Program-made: the position numbers and the translations under genes
Source: Myxococcales bacterium
GTDB taxonomy: Bacteria; Myxococcota_A; Polyangia; Polyangiales; DASUME01
Direction: 5' to 3'
Length of the DNA: 64,000 nucleotides
Assembly: GCA_047601445.1 (NCBI GenBank)
Contig: JASGJH010000001.1
Span: forward strand, 8,704,001-8,768,000
The notes under the pieces: generated by a model
What the model saw: only the letters and a program-made list of their open reading frames with translations
Database searches by the model: none
Told to the model about the DNA's origin: nothing
Part shown: positions 10,575 through 23,015 of the stretch, in pieces
How positions within the stretch are numbered: position 1 is the first letter of the stretch
Layout of the letters: each line of letters starts with the position of its first letter

Positions 10575-11107
10575 GACGCCCGGCTGTCGAGTCGCAAGGC
10601 TGCTGCCTCTCGCTGGCGGTGGGGCGACGCTTGGGTAACGTTCCGGTGACAAATCCCCATTCATGGGACGGCACTCCTCGGAAACTAGGGGGTGGGGGTG
10701 TCCGACCTGTGGGTTGCGCGGGGCGACCGACCTATCGTCACGTGCGGCCACCCTGCCGTGAGCAGGCGACGATCCCGATGCGCCTGGGTGGCAAGTCAGT
10801 GACATTCCCCACTCGGGTGAGGTGAGCCGACCGACCACGTTGCCGTCCTGAAAATGGATGGAGGGCAGGCTTACGCTTGCTCGACCTTTGACAGCCCGAC
10901 CCGCCTTTGAGACCCTTCTCAGGTGGGTGTGTATGGGGGATGCAAGTCGCTGCGATTGCAGCGGATTGTGACCTGCGCTTGCACGTAGAAGCAGCCTGTT
11001 TTGGGCTCTCCCAGGTCTGTACGTAGGTGATTTTGGTTTCGTCGTAACTCGATCTCCCCGGCGCCTGCCTCCGTGATGGGGTGGGGGGGAGTCCAAAAGG
11101 ACAGCTC

Positions 11108-13759
11108 ATGCGGCGACGGATTGGTCGGCTTGCTGCGGTGGTGACCGCGGCCGTGGTTTGGTTTGAAGCGAGTACCGGTTTGGCAGACGTGCGAACGGAT
11201 GCGCGCCGCGAGTTTCGAGCCGGTATGGCCTTGGTGGCGAACGGCCAGTACGACGAGGGCATTTCGCACCTCGAGCAGGCCTACGACATCCTTCCCCACC
11301 CGAACGTCCTCTACAACATCGCGCTCGCGCATATGTACGCGGGCCGCGCGGACGCCGCCCTCTACTACTTCGAGCGCTACAAGGAGACCGCCCCGGCCGG
11401 CGACGCCCAAGAAGTCGACACCCTGATGAGCACGCTGAAGCAGTCGACCGCGGTGGCCACGGCCAAGCCCGACGCCAGCAAGCCGGCGACGACCTCCGCT
11501 GCGGGCACCACCGACGCCACCAAGCCTGCCGTCAATAACTCCGACACGATCGCCTCGATCGAGAAGTCGGCCGAAGAGCTCCGCAAGCTGGCCGATGCCT
11601 CCAGCAGCGACGCCCTGCGCGGCTATGCCGAAGAGCTCCAGCGCGCCGCTCAGCGCCTGCGCGAGCAGCAGAGCACCCAGCCGGCCACCACGGCGCCCAC
11701 GACGGACACCGCTCCCGTGGCCACGGCTCCGGCCCAGGCCGCTCCGGTCAAGCCCGCCGTGCCCACCAAGGCCGCTGCCGAGGGCATGTACGAAGAAGAG
11801 GTCGTGTCCGCGTCGCGCTTCGCGCAGTCGCCCCTCGATGCTCCCAACGCCACCAGCATCATCACTGCCCAGGACATCCGCATGACGGGTCTCACCAACC
11901 TGGGTGACCTGCTGCGCCGCGTCGCGGGCGTCGAAGTGGCCTCGGTAACGCCGAACCACACCGAAGTCTCGATCCGCGGCTTGAATCGCCGTCAGTCCAA
12001 CAAGGTGCTGCTCCTCATCGACGGCCGCCCTCAGCGTCTCGATTTCCTCGGCGCCAGCTGGTACGACATGCTGCCCGTCTCGCTCGAAGACGTGGAACGC
12101 GTCGAAATCATCCGCGGTCCTGCGTCCGCCGTGTACGGTGCAGACGCGTTCTCCGGCGTGATCAACATCATCACCAAGGCGCCCGGCGAGGGAGACAACT
12201 TCGTGGCCGCCCAGGGTGGCAACCACGGTCAGGGGCGCGCGGTCGCGTCGTTCCGCGGCAAGAACGGCAACCTCTCCTACCACTTCGGCGCCGGCTACAA
12301 GCAGGCCTACAACTCCGTGCTCGACGTGGGCAAGAACCGCGTCGACGTGGAGCCGGTGGACGAAGACTTCGCCAGGAGCATCAAGAACACCTGGGCCAAT
12401 GGCGAAATGCGCTACGAGTTCGAGAAGAAGGCCGTGGCTACCGTGGGTGCCAACGTCTTCACCGGTGACCTCACGCTGCAGGGCTTCTCGCGCCTCGGTC
12501 AAGTGAGCGCGCCCAACAGCACCCGCAGCAACGTCTACGCGAACGTCGTGACGCCCGTGGGTATCCGCCTGGCCACCTGGTGGGATCACACCGACGGCAA
12601 CGCGGCCTCTTCGGCGGTGACGCCGGGCGCCATCGAGCTGATCGGTTACGGCATCAAGCAGGACATCGCCGACGTCGATCTCTCCTGGAGCGGCAACTTC
12701 AAGCTGCTGTTCCCGCACGCCGTCACGGTGGGCGCCAACTATCGCTACAAGGCCATTCAGTGGCCCTGGCTCGATGACAACCACACCCAGAATCACTTCG
12801 GTGCCTATCTGCAGGACGTGATGCAGGTGGCCAAGCGGGTGCGCGTGCAGCTCGGCGCCCGCGTCGACCACCACCCGCTGTTGAGTTCGCTGCAGTTCTC
12901 GCCGCGCGGCTCCATCGTGTATCGCTTCGTCGACGACCAGTCGCTGCGCGTCAGCGCGGGTCGCGCGTTCCGTGGCCCGTCCTTCATGGAGTCCTACCTG
13001 GACCTGCCGAACCCCGCACCCCTGCGCGGCGTGAGCGCGCTGGGTCTAGGCAACGACAAGCTCGATCCCGAGAGCATCATCTCCTACGAAATCGGCTACC
13101 AGAACCAGGCCTCGGACTACTTCCAGTTGGAAGCCAACGCCTACATGAACATGGTGAAGAACGCGATCCTCTTCACCGACATCCGGCGCTACACGCTCGG
13201 CGACTTCGCCAACAAGACCGACGGCGTGGCTCAGTTCGATCCCACCATCGACGCGTTCCCCGTCAGCTCGCTCGCGTTCACGAACGAGCGCGCGACCTTC
13301 CGCCAGCTCGGTGGTGAACTCGGCGCACGTTTCTACCCGATCAAGGGCCTCGACGTGTACGCCAACTACTCGATCAACGACACGCGCCCCTTGAACGACA
13401 AGGAGAAGGCCAAGATCGACCCGGTGCGCGCCAAGGAGCAACAGACCAGCCTTCACAAGGTCAACGTGGGCTTGCAGTACCGCGCCGACTTCGGCCTCGA
13501 CGTCTCGGGCGATCTCTCGTGGTTCAGTCCGCAGGTGTGGGTCGAGCAGGTCACGGATCTCGAAACCGGCGTGCGCTTCCAGACCTTCAACCAGCCCTCG
13601 TTCGTGATGGTCAACGGGCGCCTCGGCTACCGACTGCTCTCCGACAGGCTCGAGCTCGGCGTGGTGGGCACCAACCTGGGCTTCCAGGACAAGCGCCAGC
13701 ACCCCTTCGGCCAGATCATCGACACCCGCGTGCTCGGCACCGCCAAGTTCCGCTTCTGA
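11108..13759 (+). CDS. TonB-dependent receptor with an N-terminal TPR domain and P/A/T-rich linker
   Basis: Signal peptide, TPR (LEQAYDILPHPNVLYNIA), plug VVSASR..IRGL..IIRGPASAVYGADAFSGVINIIT, terminal Phe. Confidence 0.92.
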   Translation: MRRRIGRLAAVVTAAVVWFEASTGLADVRTDARREFRAGMALVANGQYDEGISHLEQAYDILPHPNVLYNIALAHMYAGRADAALYYFERYKETAPAGDAQEVDTLMSTLKQSTAVATAKPDASKPATTSAAGTTDATKPAVNNSDTIASIEKSAEELRKLADASSSDALRGYAEELQRAAQRLREQQSTQPATTAPTTDTAPVATAPAQAAPVKPAVPTKAAAEGMYEEEVVSASRFAQSPLDAPNATSIITAQDIRMTGLTNLGDLLRRVAGVEVASVTPNHTEVSIRGLNRRQSNKVLLLIDGRPQRLDFLGASWYDMLPVSLEDVERVEIIRGPASAVYGADAFSGVINIITKAPGEGDNFVAAQGGNHGQGRAVASFRGKNGNLSYHFGAGYKQAYNSVLDVGKNRVDVEPVDEDFARSIKNTWANGEMRYEFEKKAVATVGANVFTGDLTLQGFSRLGQVSAPNSTRSNVYANVVTPVGIRLATWWDHTDGNAASSAVTPGAIELIGYGIKQDIADVDLSWSGNFKLLFPHAVTVGANYRYKAIQWPWLDDNHTQNHFGAYLQDVMQVAKRVRVQLGARVDHHPLLSSLQFSPRGSIVYRFVDDQSLRVSAGRAFRGPSFMESYLDLPNPAPLRGVSALGLGNDKLDPESIISYEIGYQNQASDYFQLEANAYMNMVKNAILFTDIRRYTLGDFANKTDGVAQFDPTIDAFPVSSLAFTNERATFRQLGGELGARFYPIKGLDVYANYSINDTRPLNDKEKAKIDPVRAKEQQTSLHKVNVGLQYRADFGLDVSGDLSWFSPQVWVEQVTDLETGVRFQTFNQPSFVMVNGRLGYRLLSDRLELGVVGTNLGFQDKRQHPFGQIIDTRVLGTAKFRF

Positions 13760-13768
13760 TTGGAAGGC

Positions 13769-15655
13769 ATGAGTATGAAACGCCAAATGCGAAATTCTCG
13801 TCTCGCGCGCCTCGTGCCGATGACCGCCTTCGGGCTCTCGTTGCTATCCGGCTGTGACAAGCCGGTCCAAGACGACTTCAAGAGTGAGGGCGGTATCTCT
13901 CCGGATCCCACCGGGATCATCGAGGGCAGCGTGCTCTACATCGGTCCGCGTCCCGCCTGCGAGTACAAGGGCGACCGGGCCGAGAGCGTGATCGGCCGCG
14001 TGATCCTCACGATGTTCATCTACGACAACCCGCCGCCTCCCGAGGGGCGTGCCACCACGGCCGAGAACCTGTTGGCGATCTCCGGCGACAAGATCTTCTC
14101 GCTGCAGGACTGCGCGCCCCAGGGGGCAGGACCCGACTTCGCCCACCCGATCATGCGCTCGGTGCCCTTCCGCTGGCCGCAGATCGAGCTCAAGCACGAC
14201 GCCCGCGATTTCCAGATCCGCGGCTTCTACGACTACGACGCCGACATGAACCCGTTCTTCTCGGTGACGAACCTGCCGACGGCTGGTGACATCGCGGGCG
14301 CCGCGGTCGTGAACCTGAAAGACACCGTCCCGAGCTTCCTGCGCATCTCGATGCCGTCGTTGGACAAGGCGCGCGACGGCTACATCAAGACCGGCGTGAC
14401 GGTGGCCCTGGCCAACCCCGTGTGGACCGAGCGCCCGCTGTTCAAGCTGGTGGACACCGATCGTCAGATGGGCGCCGAGACCCCGCTGCCCCTCGAAGTC
14501 GACTACTCCATCTTGGCACCCAAGACCCCGGAGACCCTGATCAACACCTGGAAGCTCACCTGCGGCACCAAGGACGCCCCGGGCTGCGGCTTCTCGCTCC
14601 TGAGCCTCGATGCGGCCGCCGATGGGCCGAAGCTCGCGGCCTCGGGCGTGAACGTCGACTTCAGCCCACAGCGCTACGCGTTCAACGTGACCCCGGTGGA
14701 CATCAAGACCGTGGTGGACGGCGGGCCTGACTTGAACAAGCCCGACGGCGTGGTGGATCCGCATCCGTTGCTGGGCGCTACCTTGCCCGTGCCCTTCGAG
14801 CTTCCCTTCGTGATCCTGCAGCGGCGGCCCGAGACGCCCGAGCAGGGCAAGATCGAGACCGCCGCCAAGATCCCGCCGGTGACCATGCTCGGCGCGACGC
14901 TGCCCTCCGAGACCGGGACCAAGAAGGTCTTCGCGGGCAAGATGAACATCGCCATCCCGCCGATCGCGGTGGTGGAGCTCGATCCGACCAACCCCGCATG
15001 CCGCGTGCCCTACGCGCCTGCCGGCAACAGCACGGCCACGTACGAGGCTCGTGTCTCCTACTGCCACGACCTACCCACCGGTGTGTTCGGCGTGAACGTG
15101 CTGCACGGCATCGCCGGTGGTCAGCCACAGGCAGCCGATCCCAGCGTGAGCGACAACGGCCTCACGATCGTGGGCGGAGGCTCCTCGGGTCAGGCCTGGA
15201 CGCTTCCGAACCAGCTCGCCGATGAGACCCAGGTGGGCGAGGAGAACGTCCTCGCGCACCAGGGAACGGATGCTCTCTTCGTGGTTCACGATCCGAACCC
15301 GGGTGTGCAGAACGACTGCAAGCAGGCGCTCGATCCGGTCCTGCTGCAGACCCGTGACGTCAAGTACAAGCAGGTCTGTCAGCCCGGCCAGGCCTCTGGC
15401 AACGAGTCGGCGGGCCTGTACGGCACGCTCAAGGGCATCGACGGCAGCGAGTGCCTTCAGCAGGCCTGCTGCGACAACGTCAAGCACCTGTGCAACCTGC
15501 CCCTGTGCGAGGTCTACCAGGAGCGCGGCTTGAACGTGCGCAAGAGCCCGACCTCGCTCACGACCCGCAAGGTCGATGGACACGAGGTCCAGGTGCCCAA
15601 CTGCGTGCCCTTCGACATCCCGCAGCTCTGCTGCGAAGACGTGATCGTGGAGTAG
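13769..15655 (+). CDS. Cys-rich hypothetical lipoprotein, probable partner of the TonB-dependent receptor
   Basis: Lipobox LLSGC; starts 9 bp after the receptor stop; Cys-rich C-terminus. Confidence 0.8.
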   Translation: MSMKRQMRNSRLARLVPMTAFGLSLLSGCDKPVQDDFKSEGGISPDPTGIIEGSVLYIGPRPACEYKGDRAESVIGRVILTMFIYDNPPPPEGRATTAENLLAISGDKIFSLQDCAPQGAGPDFAHPIMRSVPFRWPQIELKHDARDFQIRGFYDYDADMNPFFSVTNLPTAGDIAGAAVVNLKDTVPSFLRISMPSLDKARDGYIKTGVTVALANPVWTERPLFKLVDTDRQMGAETPLPLEVDYSILAPKTPETLINTWKLTCGTKDAPGCGFSLLSLDAAADGPKLAASGVNVDFSPQRYAFNVTPVDIKTVVDGGPDLNKPDGVVDPHPLLGATLPVPFELPFVILQRRPETPEQGKIETAAKIPPVTMLGATLPSETGTKKVFAGKMNIAIPPIAVVELDPTNPACRVPYAPAGNSTATYEARVSYCHDLPTGVFGVNVLHGIAGGQPQAADPSVSDNGLTIVGGGSSGQAWTLPNQLADETQVGEENVLAHQGTDALFVVHDPNPGVQNDCKQALDPVLLQTRDVKYKQVCQPGQASGNESAGLYGTLKGIDGSECLQQACCDNVKHLCNLPLCEVYQERGLNVRKSPTSLTTRKVDGHEVQVPNCVPFDIPQLCCEDVIVE

Positions 15656-15656
15656 T

Positions 15657-15682
15657 CGGGGGAGGTCACGCGACCTCTCCCG
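15657..15682. repeat. REP-like hairpin (copy C)
   Basis: CGGGGGAGGTC-ACGC-GACCTCTCCCG directly after the stop codon; same module as 9815-9838. Confidence 0.65.
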
Positions 15683-15793
15683 CTCGTCTGGGCGTGCGTG
15701 TGCCCGCCGTCGGCGTGAACTTTGAACGGCGACGGCGACATGGGCGGCCTGCTTCTGACGCCCTGAGCAGCAGCGTCAACGCGGGTCGCTACT

Positions 15794-16423
15794 TCACTCG
15801 TCCTTGCCGGACTGACCGGTGAAGTAGTCGCCCTTGTTCTTGAAGAGCACGTTGAAGGTGGTCAACGAGCCGTAGCACTGGGTGACGTACTGCTGCATCT
15901 GCAGCCGGTCTTCATCGCTCAGCTTGTCGTTGTTGTTGATCTTCTGCTCGAGCACGCGCAGCTTCTCGCGGATCAGCACGATCTTGCGGAACAGGCTGTC
16001 GATGGGGATGCGCTTCTCCTGCGTGCCCTGCTTGCCCGGTACGAGTACCACCTCGCCGCCCAGCCAGCGTTCACCCAGCTCGATATCGCGCAGGCCCAGC
16101 TCGTCGAGCAGGATCTCGCGCAGCACGTTGCGAAACTCTTCTTGGTCCATATCGATGCCTACCTCCGATGGGATGGCGGGACGCAGTGCCAGCGGGTTGG
16201 GCTCGGAGCGGTCGGGCCCACGCGCCGCGCGCTCACGGGCGCGCGGCTTGGGAGCCTGTCCCGGAGCCTGATGACTGGCGCAGGTGGCCGTGTCCTTCAA
16301 TGGAGCGGGCCAGCAGCCGAGCCGACACTCCCCGAAGCCGGTACCGCTCTCATCCACGCGCAGACGCATGTAGAAGATGCAGGTGCCGCAGCGGCCGGTG
16401 AGATCGCGTCCGGGGGTGCTCAC
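15794..16423 (-). CDS. Hypothetical protein with an N-terminal Cys/His cluster and helical C-terminal domain
   Basis: CGTC..C..C..CASH; KIVLIREKLRVLEQKIN..YGSLTTFNVLF; protein-like composition. Confidence 0.8.
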   Translation of the reverse strand: MSTPGRDLTGRCGTCIFYMRLRVDESGTGFGECRLGCWPAPLKDTATCASHQAPGQAPKPRARERAARGPDRSEPNPLALRPAIPSEVGIDMDQEEFRNVLREILLDELGLRDIELGERWLGGEVVLVPGKQGTQEKRIPIDSLFRKIVLIREKLRVLEQKINNNDKLSDEDRLQMQQYVTQCYGSLTTFNVLFKNKGDYFTGQSGKDE

Positions 16424-16439
16424 GATTGCTCGCCCCTGT

Positions 16440-17420
16440 TCAAGCGGTGGCTTCGAACTCGAGGCGCTCGGAGTTGGTGCCCGTGTCGCTCAGGTGGCTA
16501 TCCGACGCCACGGCCTTCTTGGGCTTACCGGGCGGGTTCATGGGCCCCGGTCCGATCTGCTCGGTGCCGAGCGAGGGCACGAGCGGCGACAGGAAGTACT
16601 GCTTGCACCAGTACCACCACAAACTCTGCTGTACGAGCTCCGGGTGGATCTTGTCCGAGACCGAGGCGTGAAGCTGCGGCAGGCGGGTCCAATGGACGCC
16701 GGGATGTTCGTGGTGTGCGCCGTGGTAGCCGTTGTTGAACAGCAGGTAGTTGAGCACCGGGCTCACGAACGAGCGCGAGTGGTTGTGCTCCGAGAACGGA
16801 TCCGTGTGGGCGTGCTGATCGTAGTTGAACAGCATGATCGTATACAGCGAGAACAAGGCCGGAACGCCGATGGACATGGCCCACACGTAGGCGCCCGTGG
16901 AGAGGCCGTGCAGGGCAACGGCGAGGCCGAACAGGAGCACGTAGGCCCCGATCCAGACGGCGTACTGGCTCAGAATGCGCCGGTAAAGGGCGGGGTTCTT
17001 GGCCTTGGCCTGCCGGATGTAGGCGTTGATGGGCTCGCTTTGGTAGTACGCCGAAACGAAGAAGTAGCTCAGCGCGACCCACAGGGTGTGACGGTTGGTG
17101 AAGCGCCAGGTGATGGTCGCGTCGCCCTCGGTGTTGACGTAGCGATGGTGGTTCAGGTTGTGGGTCGGGACCCACGCGAAGGTGGGATAGCCGTAGAAGA
17201 CGCTCAGCCAGAGCCCGAACGCGTTGTTCGCTCGCTTGTCCGAAAACGTCGGGCAGTGATTGTGGTTGTGAGCGATCACGCCGCAGGCCAGCGCAAAGTA
17301 ACAGCTCAGCCAGCACAGGTACGGAACCAGGGCGGGATTGGCGAACTGCGCGGCGACGAGGGCGGGGGCGAGGAGCACCCAGACCAGGGTGCGGTAGTCA
17401 GCAGAATTCCGAGGCAGCAT
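16440..17420 (-). CDS. Membrane fatty acid desaturase family protein
   Basis: His boxes HNHNH, HNLNHH, HGAHH; SD AGGAG before ATG 17420. Confidence 0.9.
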   Translation of the reverse strand: MLPRNSADYRTLVWVLLAPALVAAQFANPALVPYLCWLSCYFALACGVIAHNHNHCPTFSDKRANNAFGLWLSVFYGYPTFAWVPTHNLNHHRYVNTEGDATITWRFTNRHTLWVALSYFFVSAYYQSEPINAYIRQAKAKNPALYRRILSQYAVWIGAYVLLFGLAVALHGLSTGAYVWAMSIGVPALFSLYTIMLFNYDQHAHTDPFSEHNHSRSFVSPVLNYLLFNNGYHGAHHEHPGVHWTRLPQLHASVSDKIHPELVQQSLWWYWCKQYFLSPLVPSLGTEQIGPGPMNPPGKPKKAVASDSHLSDTGTNSERLEFEATA

Positions 17421-17630
17421 GGGGCTCCTGGCAAGCACCCTGGCGCGTGAAGTCGCGGGACCAGGGGAGCCAGTCGACACGGGCACTGGGGTGCTTCGCC
17501 GCCGGCGCCCCAGCTCTTACCACGCTCTTCCCTCGAGGTACCAGTCGGTGACGCAATCTTCCCGCGCCTGTGGAGAGACAGGGTTGGGAGCTGTGCGCCC
17601 CATTCTCGTCCGGGTCGGGTCCCCGGGAGC

Positions 17631-18341
17631 TCAGTTGAGCCAGCGCTTGGGGTCCTTGTCGCCGCCAGCGCCGCCTTTAACAGCGTGCAAACGGCCACCA
17701 CCGCGCACACCAGGCGCGCGCTTGGCCTTGCGGGGCGCTCGCTGCATCCACTTGCAGAAGGAGATGCCGCCGGCGATGGCGCCGCAGTCCGCCGCCAGCT
17801 GGGCGGCGTCACGGGAGGTCAGAAAGCCCAATACACTCAGGCCGATGACCACCAGGATCAGGTGCTGAGCACGCATCGGAAACAATCCGAAAAAGCTGAC
17901 CTCGGCCTGCGGAGGCAGCATCACCGCGTAGCCCGCGATGGCGGCCAGCGTGATGGTCTCGGGGCCCGACAGATTGCCGGCCATGGAAGGCAGGAGCTGA
18001 CCCACGAGGAGCGCCGGCACGCCTGCCGATACGGCGGCCACCGCCGCCAGCTGCACCACCTTGGTTTGCCCGTAGCGCGCTTCGAAGGGCGCCAGGATCA
18101 ACCAGATGAACGCCAGGCTAATGGCGAGCGAGAACACAATCCCTGGCACCGGCGGCACCACGAACACGTGGGTCAGCAGCTGCCAGGCCGTGGCCGGCGA
18201 GATCCGCGTGGTGGTCAGCGATAGGAGCTGGAACACGGGCACGCCGAGGAAGTTCTGGAGAACGGCCTCGAGGACGAACAGGCACCCCAGCGCGATCAGA
18301 AGCGCACGGACCGCCGGAGTGAGAGGTGGGAAGCGCAGCAC
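17631..18341 (-). CDS. Rhomboid-superfamily membrane protein, probably catalytically inactive
   Basis: LTPAVRALLI, WQLLTHVF, FFGLFPMRA; GxSG replaced by GPET and AHLGG by ADCGA. Confidence 0.8.
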   Translation of the reverse strand: MLRFPPLTPAVRALLIALGCLFVLEAVLQNFLGVPVFQLLSLTTTRISPATAWQLLTHVFVVPPVPGIVFSLAISLAFIWLILAPFEARYGQTKVVQLAAVAAVSAGVPALLVGQLLPSMAGNLSGPETITLAAIAGYAVMLPPQAEVSFFGLFPMRAQHLILVVIGLSVLGFLTSRDAAQLAADCGAIAGGISFCKWMQRAPRKAKRAPGVRGGGRLHAVKGGAGGDKDPKRWLN

Positions 18342-18381
18342 CCTTTCAGCCTAGAGAGCGTTCTGATGAACCGCAAGCCCG

Positions 18382-19170
18382 TCACGGGGCCGTAAACGAC
18401 ACGGCAGGCAATTGGACTGCGCCAGCTTGCTCGACCAGCACCGGGATCGGGTCGGACTCTTGCACCACCGTGTAGTTCGTCTCGGATGTGTAGTTGAGTG
18501 CGACGTACGTAACCTGATAGTCCCCGGCGTTGAGCAGCGGCGTACCCGAGTCGAGCGCGCCCGTGTCGCAGGTCGTGAAGAGCGCGCGATCGGGGTACTC
18601 GAAATCGAAGTCGAGCACCGAGTAGACCCACAATTCCACGCGGTTGATCCCGGCCGCCGCACAGTCCTGGGCGAGCTCGCCGGTGCCCACGCTGAACGAT
18701 CCGGTGACGGTGGCGATCTCGCCGCCCGGCGCGCGGGGGGCGAAGAAGTCGAGGGTGGGCAGCTCCACCGGCGTCACGTCGCCATAGTCCGCGACGAAGG
18801 TCCCCTCGGCGTTGATCAGGGACTCCCCGTGGGTGCCGATCATGTCCAGCTGGTAGCTGTAGACCGATCCGTAGACGAACCACTCGGTGCTCACGTAGCC
18901 GCCGTACGGATAGCCGTCGCTGAGCGTCAGCGTACGCCCGCAATCGCCCTCGATGGTGCGCTTGCGTGCGCCGTCCTGGACGGTGAGGCGCACCGATTGG
19001 ATGCCGTAGAAGTCGCAGTCGTCGGCCGAGGGAGCGAAGCCGTTGACCGCCCAACTCACGACCACTGCGTAGTCATCGGTGCTGCTGCAGCCGACGGCGG
19101 CGAGGCTCGCCCAAGCAAAGAAGACCAGGGCCAGCCGGAGCCGCGAGGAGAAACCGCTCATGGCTTCCAT
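18382..19170 (-). CDS. Hypothetical lipoprotein with an internal duplication
   Basis: Lipobox LAAVGC; two modules DCDFYGIQSVRLTV and DCAAAGINRVELWV. Confidence 0.75.
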   Translation of the reverse strand: MEAMSGFSSRLRLALVFFAWASLAAVGCSSTDDYAVVVSWAVNGFAPSADDCDFYGIQSVRLTVQDGARKRTIEGDCGRTLTLSDGYPYGGYVSTEWFVYGSVYSYQLDMIGTHGESLINAEGTFVADYGDVTPVELPTLDFFAPRAPGGEIATVTGSFSVGTGELAQDCAAAGINRVELWVYSVLDFDFEYPDRALFTTCDTGALDSGTPLLNAGDYQVTYVALNYTSETNYTVVQESDPIPVLVEQAGAVQLPAVSFTAP

Positions 19171-19273
19171 CCTAGCAAGATGATGGCGCGCAGGGGTTGA
19201 CGCCGAAAACGACATGCTTAGCTTGCCGTAGAGCGAGACGGGGTGAGGCCGGAAAGGCCCCGCCAAGTCAGCG

Positions 19274-19290
19274 AAAACAAACTTTGTTTT
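19274..19290. promoter_or_regulatory. AT-rich perfect inverted repeat, candidate operator
   Basis: AAAACAAA-C-TTTGTTTT in the divergent intergenic region upstream of Hsp20. Confidence 0.4.
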
Positions 19291-19351
19291 AGTTCGCGCA
19301 CGGCGTCGTGCGCGGCCGGAAATACCGGGTTTGTATTGGGCTTGGGCGGGA

Positions 19352-19378
19352 CTTGCTTCCGCGTCCTGAGCTCCCCCA
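19352..19378 (+). promoter_or_regulatory. Possible sigma32-like promoter for Hsp20
   Basis: CTTGCT-N16-CCCCA resembles CTTGAA-N13-17-CCCCAT. Confidence 0.35.
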
Positions 19379-19526
19379 GACAGGGTGCAAACACTCTGCT
19401 CGCGCTGCGTTCCCCACCAGGGCGCTGCTGCGTTCGGGACTGCTCTACGAGCGAACCGACTGGGGAGAAATTCGTCCTCCGTTCGCGCCAGCCGGGCGCC
19501 CCGAATCAACCACGCACCACAGGAGA

Positions 19527-19949
19527 ATGAACATGTTGACCGTATGGGATCCTTTTGCCGACCTCAACCGCATGCACCGCGACATCGAGCGCAACTTCTT
19601 CGGTCCACGCACGCGAGGCGCCGACTTCGCGCCGGCAGTGGACGTACACGAGGACGCCGAGTCGCTCGTCCTGCGCGCTGAGTTGCCGGGAGTGAAGCGC
19701 GAGGACGTCGAGATCGGAATCGACGGTAACGTGCTCACCCTCAAGGGCGAGCGGAAGCTCGAGAAGGAAGAGAGCGGCCGCAAATATCACCGCATCGAGC
19801 GCAGCTATGGCTCCTTCGTACGCCAGTTCCAGCTGCCCACCAACGTCGACGCCACTACGGTGGACGCCAAACTGACCGACGGGGTGCTGACGCTACGCCT
19901 GCCGAAAAAAGCCGAACTCAAGGCACGCAAAATTGAAGTAAAATCTTGA
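19527..19949 (+). CDS. Hsp20/alpha-crystallin small heat-shock protein
   Basis: FAPAVDVHE, AELPGV, ERSYGSFVRQFQLP, DGVLTLRLPK; AGGAG upstream. Confidence 0.95.
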   Translation: MNMLTVWDPFADLNRMHRDIERNFFGPRTRGADFAPAVDVHEDAESLVLRAELPGVKREDVEIGIDGNVLTLKGERKLEKEESGRKYHRIERSYGSFVRQFQLPTNVDATTVDAKLTDGVLTLRLPKKAELKARKIEVKS

Positions 19950-19983
19950 GCTCGCGGTTTACTCTGCGAACGCATCTGTGACG

Positions 19984-20020
19984 AAAAAACCGCTGGGCGT
20001 CGATGGTGACGCCCAGCGGT
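19984..20020 (-). terminator. Rho-independent terminator downstream of sucA
   Basis: 13-bp perfect stem ACCGCTGGGCGTC/GACGCCCAGCGGT with a 6-nt loop, followed by a T-run on the minus strand. Confidence 0.85.
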
Positions 20021-20099
20021 CCTCCTAATTTGGCTGCGGCGCCGTCCGGGGGCTGCCGCAGGTCGAGACCGCGACCCACTCCAGCGCGGGTCTCTGGGG

Positions 20100-23015
<2,916 letters not shown>

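Noticed and set aside
10665..11107. Possible cobalamin riboswitch or PHO boxes upstream of the TonB-dependent receptor
   Set aside because: No B12-box or 11-bp-periodic GTCA repeats recognisable; only a weak palindrome (CGCTGCGATTGCAGCG)
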